Shown: in pieces, positions 25,828-33,294 of the stretch
How positions within the stretch are numbered: the stretch's first letter is position 1
Layout: each line of letters opens with the position of its first letter
DNA from: Flavobacteriales bacterium
Lineage (GTDB): Bacteria > Bacteroidota > Bacteroidia > Flavobacteriales_D > Sanyastnellaceae
Length of the DNA stretch: 38,414 nt
Assembly: GCA_049416245.1 (NCBI GenBank)
Contig: JBMSHA010000001.1
Location: forward strand, 1-38,414
Reading direction: 5' to 3'
Notes under the pieces: model-generated
Seen by the model: only the letters and a program-made list of their open reading frames with translations
What the model was told of the DNA's origin: nothing
Database searches by the model: none
Translations under genes and position numbers: made by a program

Positions 25828-27267
25828 TTACGGACAACTGCCGCCAAAGGCGGAAAGCACCGCCAACACATCCTCCACATTTGTCGCCCCATCGCCGGTC
25901 ACATCTCCTGGACATTCCGACAAGCAACCGAAATCGGCCAACAGCAACAACACGTCTTGCACCTCGGTAAGTCCATTGCCGCTCAAATCCGTCAAACAAT
26001 AGCATGCCTCGGGCGCGGTAAACGCCGCGGGCACATAGAAACTGCACGCGTCTTCCGCCGTAAACGACACGGTCACATCCACCGGAAGCCCATCCGAAGG
26101 CAGCCCGGTCAGCACTACGGTTTTGGGGCTCGGGGTGAGCGAGAACAGCGAACCGTTGACATTGATCAGGCCGGTGGTCGGCGGCGCTTGAAAGGTGATC
26201 ACCAGCGTCTGTGTGTAGCTGTCCGTTTCGGGGTCGCACAGGCTCTGCTCACCGATGGCGACATCCGTGATGCTGCATCCTCCTATGTTCCAACCCATGT
26301 CGCTGAACATGCCCAAAAGCGCTGGGCCCGGATCGTGGTTGGCCTCGGCCGTATTGAGCCCGGGGGTCATCAAGCTGTTGGGCGTGCCGGCGGGGTAGGT
26401 GGATTCGTTGAGGTGGCTGTAGCTCGAGCCCACGGAGTACAGCGATGGCGCGTAAATCCGTGGCCGTCCGCCGCCGACACCTTCCATACCGCCGCTGCCG
26501 TTCCAATAAATCGCATTCGAAGTGAGCGCGCTGCCGAGGGTTTGCGATCCATTGGGCAAATCCAAGAGCGCCGTCGAGTCGGCGGTTTCGGTAAAGTGGT
26601 CGTAGGGATAGGGGGTGTTGGCGGTGCCGATGAAGCCAAATCCGTTCGTGTAGTATGCGCTGCCGATGAAGCCAAGGCCGTGTGCGATTTCGTGAAGCGC
26701 AGCAGTGACAAAGTCGTACGTGCCGGAAGGCGTAGCGCCGTCGGTGCCGAAGTACCAATTGGCCGAGCTGTTAAAGGAACATGTGATGTCCGATTGCTCG
26801 GATAAATCCGTTCCTCCCAGTGCATTGGCCAATGCAACCGCGTAGTAGGTATCTTCAAATGGAGCGCCATCGAAATTTTCCTGCAGGTTGGTGGGCGCGG
26901 CTTGTGCCAAAGCATTGGAGCCCAACTCTTCCCAGGTTGCGTCGATGCGGATGGTGACGTCGGATGCAATCAACACGGACCAGATATCGACGGCATGGTT
27001 GAATGCGATGATGGCATCGCTCGGAAAGCCATTGTAATTCACGATGATGTTGGCGTCGCGTGGCGCATCGGGTGTGTACCAAGCGGGTGCTGCAATGAAG
27101 GTGTTGGCGTCGACCGGAATGGCTTCCAATCCCTGACCGCAGGCTTCATGCATGCATCTCATGGAGGGCAAGCCGCATATGCGCTGTGCCTGCATCAATC
27201 CCCCAGTGAAAACACTGAAGACCGCGACCAACCAAATTCCGTGAGTATTCCAAGATTGCCAACGCAT
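25828..27267 (-). CDS. Secreted zinc metalloprotease-like protein (HExxH) with C-terminal dockerin-like Ca-binding repeats
   Basis: Signal peptide MRWQSWNTHGIWLVAVFSVFTGGLMQAQ from the ATG at 27267; the track starts at TTG 27270. Zinc site ALHEIAHGLGF at nt 26680-26694, with a possible distal ligand in SYSHLNE. The C-terminus holds two EF-hand/dockerin-like repeats, DLSGNGLTEVQDVLLLLADFG and GDVTGDGATNVEDVLAVLSAFG. Confidence 0.7.
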   Translation of the reverse strand: MRWQSWNTHGIWLVAVFSVFTGGLMQAQRICGLPSMRCMHEACGQGLEAIPVDANTFIAAPAWYTPDAPRDANIIVNYNGFPSDAIIAFNHAVDIWSVLIASDVTIRIDATWEELGSNALAQAAPTNLQENFDGAPFEDTYYAVALANALGGTDLSEQSDITCSFNSSANWYFGTDGATPSGTYDFVTAALHEIAHGLGFIGSAYYTNGFGFIGTANTPYPYDHFTETADSTALLDLPNGSQTLGSALTSNAIYWNGSGGMEGVGGGRPRIYAPSLYSVGSSYSHLNESTYPAGTPNSLMTPGLNTAEANHDPGPALLGMFSDMGWNIGGCSITDVAIGEQSLCDPETDSYTQTLVITFQAPPTTGLINVNGSLFSLTPSPKTVVLTGLPSDGLPVDVTVSFTAEDACSFYVPAAFTAPEACYCLTDLSGNGLTEVQDVLLLLADFGCLSECPGDVTGDGATNVEDVLAVLSAFGGSCP

Positions 27268-27331
27268 CAAAGCCCATTTTGGAATCTACAAGATAGTTCA
27301 TGGCCATGGAATTTTTCGCTTTCCGATGGCA

Positions 27332-27350
27332 TTGCTATTTTTGTTAGCAA
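27332..27350 (+). promoter_or_regulatory. Candidate autoregulatory operator (TTGCT-N9-AGCAA) on the promoter of the S24 repressor gene
   Basis: TTGCTATTTTTGTTAGCAA, 10 nt upstream of the ATG at 27360. A TATTTTTG (TAnnTTTG) -7 box at 27336-27343 lies inside the spacer. The site sits in the divergent region shared with the metalloprotease gene. Confidence 0.5.
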
Positions 27351-27359
27351 ATTTGTACC

Positions 27360-28145
27360 ATGCCGGACGCACTCCCTCATTTCGCCCAACGACTGAAAGA
27401 ACTCCGAAAGGAACGTGGATTGACGCAGCAAGAGCTCGCCGACCGCTTGGGTTTGAAGCGCGCGGCGCTCGGTGCTTACGAAGAAGGCCGAGCGGAGCCT
27501 CGGCTCATCAATGTGGTGGCCATCGCTGACTTTTTCGGGGTGTCGGTGGATGCTTTGCTCAAAGGCGCGGGCACGGACGATGCCCGAACACGTGGCCAAT
27601 CCATGCGGGTGCTGTCTGTGGCGGTGGATTCAATAACAGATGAAGAGCGTGTGGCAGTCGTTCCAGTCAAGGCAGCTGCGGGCTACCTCGACGGCTACGG
27701 TGATCCGGATTATGTGCAAGGGCTGCCCACGTTTGGCCTTCCACTGCCCGAAGTCACGCCCAATTTGACGCACCGTCTGTTTCAAATCGAAGGCGAAAGC
27801 ATGCTGCCGGTTCCCAGCGGCAGCTACATTTTGAGCACGTTTGAGGAAGATTGGCACCGTGTCGGCGGCATGCGTCCGTACATCGTGGTGACCCGAGATC
27901 AAGGCGTGGTCTTCAAGCGCATAGAAAATCGCTTGGATACCGGGCATCGGGATTTGTGGTTGATTTCGGACAATCCGGATTTCCCGCCCTACTCCGTGGC
28001 ACCTGGTGATGTGGTCGAAGTTTGGCGGGCGCGGGGCTATTTGGCGTTTGATTGGCCGACACCTGCTTTTTCAGGAATGGAGCGGATCCAAGGCACCCTC
28101 GACTCGCTGCGCGCGGAGATTCACGCGCTCAAGGCTGCGCGCTAA
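27360..28145 (+). CDS. LexA-like autocleavable repressor: XRE/CI-type HTH + S24 peptidase domain
   Basis: N-terminal HTH FAQRLKELRKERGLTQQELADRLGLKRAALGAYEEGRAEP. Candidate cleavage site VPVKAAA-GYL (Ala107-Gly108). Nucleophile in GESMLP (Ser147) and general base in VVFKRI (Lys186), a Ser-Lys spacing of 39 aa. Confidence 0.8.
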   Translation: MPDALPHFAQRLKELRKERGLTQQELADRLGLKRAALGAYEEGRAEPRLINVVAIADFFGVSVDALLKGAGTDDARTRGQSMRVLSVAVDSITDEERVAVVPVKAAAGYLDGYGDPDYVQGLPTFGLPLPEVTPNLTHRLFQIEGESMLPVPSGSYILSTFEEDWHRVGGMRPYIVVTRDQGVVFKRIENRLDTGHRDLWLISDNPDFPPYSVAPGDVVEVWRARGYLAFDWPTPAFSGMERIQGTLDSLRAEIHALKAAR

Positions 28146-28170
28146 AAAGGCTGCGCAAAGACATTCCCAT

Positions 28171-28815
28171 TTACACTCCCAACGCGACCACTTCCTTCAC
28201 GGCTTCCAATTTGGACGTGAGGAGTTGCTCGATGCCTCCTTTCAGCGTTTGCATGCTCGAAGGACACCCGCTGCACGCACCGCGCATGTGCACGTAAACT
28301 TTGCCGTCTTTGAACGCTTTGAAGTCGATTGCACCGCCGTCTTGTTCCACCGCTGGGCGCACAAACTCATCCAACAGGTACTTGATTTCCGCATCGAATT
28401 CGGACGGTACGATATCGGATTCCGCAATGAATTCAACGTTGGGATCCGACTTGGCTGTAACCGCAGGCTGTTCAGGCTCGGCCAATTTTTCTTGAACCTT
28501 GAGAAATGCTTCGGTGTCCACAGCGACTTCATTTTCCATGAGCCATTCGCGGATGTATTCACGCAATTGCTGGACAATCATCTCCCAACCGAGCGACTCA
28601 TCCTTGCTGACAGAGACGAAAGCTCCGCTGATGAAAACGCCCTGAACGAAGGGGAAATTGAAGAGTTCTTCCGCGAGCGGCGAACACCATGAAGCCTCCT
28701 CTTTCGATCGGAATTCTGCTTGGTGTTGGTCGGCAATCAATGGCCGGTCGGCGACAAATTTCATGACCGCCGGATTGGGGGTCATTTCCGCATATACGCT
28801 GGTTGGGATTGTCAT
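28171..28815 (-). CDS. NifU/Nfu-type Fe-S cluster assembly protein (Nfu_N + NifU C-terminal domain)
   Basis: N-terminus VYAEMTPNPAVMKFV (Nfu_N-like). C-terminal domain with IRPAVEQDGG..., V.MRGACSGCPSS (CxxC) and TLKGGIE. Confidence 0.8.
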   Translation of the reverse strand: MTIPTSVYAEMTPNPAVMKFVADRPLIADQHQAEFRSKEEASWCSPLAEELFNFPFVQGVFISGAFVSVSKDESLGWEMIVQQLREYIREWLMENEVAVDTEAFLKVQEKLAEPEQPAVTAKSDPNVEFIAESDIVPSEFDAEIKYLLDEFVRPAVEQDGGAIDFKAFKDGKVYVHMRGACSGCPSSMQTLKGGIEQLLTSKLEAVKEVVALGV

Positions 28816-28862
28816 GGTGCAAAGGTAGTCAGCGTCTTGTAAATTGCCGTTTCGAATTGAAG

Positions 28863-31800
28863 ATGAAAACCTGGGAGAAGATGAAATTTTTGCAAAGCAA
28901 TTTGCGCAGTGTATGCGGGCTAATCACGGCCCTTTTGCTCACAGCGAGCATGCAAGCGCAGGAGACGTTTCCTGTCAATGGTGTTGTGAACAAGAATGTC
29001 GTGCGTACGGCACTTGAGCACGCCACGGTGCATCTGAACGCGACGGAAATCATGGAAGACGCGACGGTTGTCATCTACCAAGGCCGCATCGAACAGGTGG
29101 GCAAGACGGCCGAAATCCAAATTTCAGGTGCGGTGGTTCGCCATGATTTGCAAGGCTTGCATGTGTACCCTTCGTTTGTGGATGTGCAAAGCGCCTACGG
29201 GATGCCTGAAGCCCAACGCGAAGGGTGGAGCCGCGGCCCACAAGATCTCAGCGACAAAAAAGGGGCTTATGGCTGGAATGAAGCGATTCGCCCCGAAACT
29301 TCTGCGGCGGCGGTTTTCGATCCCACGGCCGCTGAAAAATCCCGCGAAGCGTATCTGAAGGGAGGATTTGGAGCGGTGGTTTCACACGTGCAGGACGGCA
29401 TCGTTCGCGGCTCCGGTGCGTTGGTTGCGCTCTCCGAAGATCCGCGTCGCGCGTTGCTCAAGCCCACCGCCTCGGCACATTTTAGCTTCCGTAAAGGGAC
29501 CTCATCGCAAGATTATCCTCGGTCGCTCATGGGCTCGACCGCGTTGTTGAAACAGACGTACTTCGACGCCGATTGGTATGCCGACGCCAGCCGCATGAAC
29601 GAACGTTTGGAGACCAATTTGTCGTTGGAGGCGTTCAATGCCCAACGCGAGTTGCCTGCATTTTTTGAAGCGGGCGGCTGGGAAGATGCGTTGCGGGCTG
29701 ATTTTCTAGCGGATGAGGTCGGGCACGAATTCATCTTGGTTGCGGGTAACAACGCCTATCAACGTTTGGATGAATTGACAGCAACAGGGGCGACGCTGGT
29801 GTTGTCCCTTGACTACCCGACGCCCTTCGATGTGAGCGACCCGTTTACCTCACGACTGGTAGGATTGGATGAATTGAAACATTGGGAATTGGCGCCGACC
29901 AACGCAGCCCGTGTTCATGCTGCCGGCATTCCATTTGCCTTGACGGCGGATGGTCTCAGCAGCCCCAGTGAAATCCGCAGCGCTGTTTGGAAGTCCATGC
30001 AACATGGGTTGCCGGAAGACGTGGCGTTGGCGGCGCTAACCGAGGGCCCTGCCCGGCTTATCGGCGCCTCCGATCGCGTGGGCGCCATCGCGCCTGGAAT
30101 GGAGGCCAACATGCTCATTACAGACGGCCCGATCTTCCACCCGAACGCCCAATTGCTCGAAAATTGGGTGCAAGGGACACAGCACGTATACGTTGAACGC
30201 AAAGCGGTGGATGTGCGCGGAACGTACGATTTGGCCATCGGTGATCAGGTGCTGCGGATGGAAGTGAAAGGAGATCTGGCCAAGCCCAAGGCACACATTG
30301 CCATCGACTCGACGGAATTCAAGGTCAAATTCAATCCCGACGGCCGGATGGTGAGTTTGGGATTTACGCTGGATACGCTCGGAATGGATGGTTGGTGGCG
30401 TTTGTCGGGCAACGTCTGGATGGACAGCCGGATTTGGGAGGGACGTGGTCAGCGCGCGGACGGGTCTTGGTTTGAATGGAGCGCCATTCGGCAAAACGAA
30501 GCCGAAACCAAAGACGCGGATTGGAGTGCTCAGCCGGACTCCACGGCAGGCGAAGTCATTTGGCCCTTTGTGGCATACGGTAATGTTGAGCGCCCGACGC
30601 AGCGAACGGTTTGGTTTGAGGGCGCCACGGTTTGGACGTGCGAGGAAGCCGGTAAATTGGATAATGCGGATGTGGTCATCCACAACGGCGAAATCCTCGC
30701 TGTAGGGCAAGGCTTGGATGAGGCTGCGGTATTCGGCAGCAACATTCCTGCGTATGAACGGATCAACGCCCGAGGAAAACACCTCACGCCGGGGATCATT
30801 GATGAACACACGCACATCGCCGCAACCCGGGGCATTAACGAAGGCACCCAGGCGAGCAGTGCGGAGGTGAGCATCGAGTCGGCCGTCAACAGCGAAGACG
30901 TGAATATATACCGCCAGTTGGCCGGCGGCGTGACCACTGCACAAATCCTGCATGGATCGGCCAATCCCATCGGCGGCCAAAGCGCCATCATCAAATTCCG
31001 CTGGGGCGCTTCGCCTCGCGAAATGCTCTTCGAAGACGCCTCGCCATTCATCAAATTTGCCCTCGGTGAAAATGTGAAGCAAAGCAATTGGGGCAACGAC
31101 TACCGCTCACGCTTCCCTCAGACGCGTATGGGGGTTGAGCAGGTGTACTACGACCATTTTTACAGAGCACGCGAGTACGACCAGGCTTGGAGGGAATACA
31201 ACCAGCTTTTGCGCAACGCGAGTCGCCGCTCTCGCAAGAACAATGCCCTTCCGGCCGCGCCGCGTAAAGATTTGGAATTGGAAACCCTCGCCCAAATTCT
31301 CAACGAAGAGCGCTTTGTGACCTGCCACAGCTACCGCCAAGACGAAATCAATATGCTGATGCACGTGGCTGACTCCATGGGCTTCACCATCAACACCTTC
31401 ACCCACATCCTCGAAGGATACAAGGTCGCCGACAAGATGGCCGCGCACGGTGCAGGGGGCTCGAGCTTCAGCGATTGGTGGGCGTACAAATTTGAAGTAA
31501 AAGACGCCATTCCATACAACGGTGCTGTCCTGCACGGGCAAGGCATCGTAACGGCATTCAATTCTGACGATGCGGAAATGGCGCGCCGCCTCAATCAAGA
31601 AGCGGCCAAGGCCGTCAAGTACGGCGGCGTCTCGGAAGAGGAAGCATTGAAATTTGTGACCCTCAATCCAGCAAAGCTTCTCCGCATCGATCACCGCGTG
31701 GGGTCGATCGCGGTGGGCAAAGACGCGGACATTGTGCTATGGGATGACCATCCACTCAGCATCTACGCGCGGGCCCAACAAACCTACGTGGACGGGGTGA

Positions 31801-31967
31801 AATACTTTGACTTGGATGACGATGCAGCGAAAAAGGACTGGATGCAAGCCGAACGCGCACGCCTCGTGCAAGCCATGAATAAAGCCGCGGATGGCGGCGG
31901 CAGGGCGCCAACTGAACGCCCGAGATTCCACTACCACTGTGACACCTTAACTGACGAGAACCGATGA
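28863..31967 (+). CDS. Large secreted two-module amidohydrolase-superfamily protein
   Basis: Signal peptide (MKTWEK)MKFLQSNLRSVCGLITALLLTASMQAQ; start at ATG 28863 or 28881, and the track starts at 28803, overlapping the divergent gene. The C-terminal module has the metal site PGIIDEHTHIA, ILHGSAN, CHSY, FTHILEG, FNSDD and GKDADIVLWD. The N-terminal module has the same fold signature (YPSFVDVQSAYG ... GMEANMLITD) but no HxH. Confidence 0.8.
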   Translation: MKTWEKMKFLQSNLRSVCGLITALLLTASMQAQETFPVNGVVNKNVVRTALEHATVHLNATEIMEDATVVIYQGRIEQVGKTAEIQISGAVVRHDLQGLHVYPSFVDVQSAYGMPEAQREGWSRGPQDLSDKKGAYGWNEAIRPETSAAAVFDPTAAEKSREAYLKGGFGAVVSHVQDGIVRGSGALVALSEDPRRALLKPTASAHFSFRKGTSSQDYPRSLMGSTALLKQTYFDADWYADASRMNERLETNLSLEAFNAQRELPAFFEAGGWEDALRADFLADEVGHEFILVAGNNAYQRLDELTATGATLVLSLDYPTPFDVSDPFTSRLVGLDELKHWELAPTNAARVHAAGIPFALTADGLSSPSEIRSAVWKSMQHGLPEDVALAALTEGPARLIGASDRVGAIAPGMEANMLITDGPIFHPNAQLLENWVQGTQHVYVERKAVDVRGTYDLAIGDQVLRMEVKGDLAKPKAHIAIDSTEFKVKFNPDGRMVSLGFTLDTLGMDGWWRLSGNVWMDSRIWEGRGQRADGSWFEWSAIRQNEAETKDADWSAQPDSTAGEVIWPFVAYGNVERPTQRTVWFEGATVWTCEEAGKLDNADVVIHNGEILAVGQGLDEAAVFGSNIPAYERINARGKHLTPGIIDEHTHIAATRGINEGTQASSAEVSIESAVNSEDVNIYRQLAGGVTTAQILHGSANPIGGQSAIIKFRWGASPREMLFEDASPFIKFALGENVKQSNWGNDYRSRFPQTRMGVEQVYYDHFYRAREYDQAWREYNQLLRNASRRSRKNNALPAAPRKDLELETLAQILNEERFVTCHSYRQDEINMLMHVADSMGFTINTFTHILEGYKVADKMAAHGAGGSSFSDWWAYKFEVKDAIPYNGAVLHGQGIVTAFNSDDAEMARRLNQEAAKAVKYGGVSEEEALKFVTLNPAKLLRIDHRVGSIAVGKDADIVLWDDHPLSIYARAQQTYVDGVKYFDLDDDAAKKDWMQAERARLVQAMNKAADGGGRAPTERPRFHYHCDTLTDENR

Positions 31968-33283
31968 ACAACAAAGCACTACTGATCTTGGGATGGGGAC
32001 TGCTTTCAGCGGTCTGGGCTTGGGCACAACCGACTCCTGCCCCAGCACAATCCGAATCCATCCTCGTTTTGAATGGCACCGCACACCTCGGAACAGGCGA
32101 TGTGTTGGAGAACAGCGCCATCGGTTTTCGCGACGGCAAAATCGATTACGTGGGCTTCGCTCGAAGTGTCGACCGCGCGCGCTATGACCGCATCATCGAG
32201 GCCAAAGGTCACCACATTTACCCGGGTTTCATTGCGCCGAACTCCACATTGGGGTTGCAAGAAATTGGAGCGGTGCGGGCGACAAGGGATGACGAAGAAG
32301 TGGGCACGTTCAAGCCACACGTGCGCTCCATCATCGCATTCAACACGGACAGCGAAGTGACACCTACCGTGCGATCAAACGGCGTTTTGATGGGCCAAAT
32401 CACCCCACGCGGCGGGGTCATCAGCGGTTCGAGTTCGTTTGTTCATTTCGACGGATGGAATTGGGAAGACGCGGCATTGCGGACAGTGGATGGCATCCAT
32501 TTGAATTGGCATTCGACCCATCACCGCCATCGCGAAGACGGAACAATTGACGTGCGCAAGCGCAAGACGTATGACCAAGAGCGCCACGAAATCCAACGCT
32601 TCTTTACGGAAGCAAAGGCCTATGCAGAAGATGTGAAGCGGCCCAGTTCAGCGGTGAAAGACCTGCGACAAGAAGCGATGCGCGGCTTGTTTGACGGCAG
32701 CTTGCGGCTTTACGTTCATGCCGACGACGTCCGCCAAATCACCGAAGCAGTGCACTTCAAGCGCGAGCTCGGCATTCGGCACATGGTCATCATCGGCGGG
32801 TACGACGCGCCATTGGTGGCGGATTTGTTGCGGGACAACAACGTGCCTGTGATGGTACAACGCTTGCATTCGCTCCCTCGATTTGCAGAGGACGATGTGG
32901 ATCAGCCTTTCCGATTGGCCAAGGAATTGGAGGATGAAGGCGTGTTGTACTGCCTGCAAAATGCTGGAGGCATGGAGCACATGGGCGTGCGGAATTTGCC
33001 GTTTTATGCGGGAACGGCACATGCGTATGGATTGACCTATGAGCAGGCTGTCCAGAGCATCACGTTGAATGCAGCGAAGATCATTGGGGTCGATGCGTTT
33101 TGCGGAAGTCTGGAAACAGGAAAGGACGCCACCCTCTTCATTTCAGAAGGTGACGCCCTTGATATGCGGACCAATTATGTAACGGACGCCTTCATCCAAG
33201 GTCGCTCGATTGATTTGGATAACCGGCAGCGTCAGCTCTACCGGAAATACCAAACCAAATACGGCGCACCGATTCTGGACTGA
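31964..33283 (+). CDS. Secreted amidohydrolase-family protein, HxH motif absent
   Basis: ATGA overlap with the upstream gene. Signal peptide MNNKALLILGWGLLSAVWAWAQ. Has IYPGFIAPNSTLG at the position of the HxH strand and a C-terminal GSLETGKDATLFISEGD (the GKDAD-type motif). Confidence 0.75.
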   Translation: MNNKALLILGWGLLSAVWAWAQPTPAPAQSESILVLNGTAHLGTGDVLENSAIGFRDGKIDYVGFARSVDRARYDRIIEAKGHHIYPGFIAPNSTLGLQEIGAVRATRDDEEVGTFKPHVRSIIAFNTDSEVTPTVRSNGVLMGQITPRGGVISGSSSFVHFDGWNWEDAALRTVDGIHLNWHSTHHRHREDGTIDVRKRKTYDQERHEIQRFFTEAKAYAEDVKRPSSAVKDLRQEAMRGLFDGSLRLYVHADDVRQITEAVHFKRELGIRHMVIIGGYDAPLVADLLRDNNVPVMVQRLHSLPRFAEDDVDQPFRLAKELEDEGVLYCLQNAGGMEHMGVRNLPFYAGTAHAYGLTYEQAVQSITLNAAKIIGVDAFCGSLETGKDATLFISEGDALDMRTNYVTDAFIQGRSIDLDNRQRQLYRKYQTKYGAPILD

Positions 33284-33294
33284 CGCCGACGTCG

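Noticed and set aside
25828-28145. The idea that the HExxH protein and the adjacent XRE-HTH repressor form an ImmA/ImmR (IrrE/DdrO-like) protease-antirepressor pair
   Set aside because: ImmA/IrrE-type proteases are small cytoplasmic proteins. This one has a signal peptide, is about 480 aa long and ends in dockerin-like repeats, so it is exported. The repressor also has its own complete S24 Ser-Lys autocleavage domain and needs no partner protease.
28131-28156. 10-bp direct repeat AAGGCTGCGC (28131-28140 and 28147-28156) at the end of the repressor gene, considered as a terminator or att-like site
   Set aside because: It is a direct repeat, not an inverted one, so it forms no hairpin. The first copy is coding (LKAAR-stop). 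The only partner at the other end of the block is a weak, approximately 10-nt resemblance. This is too little to call a recombination site.
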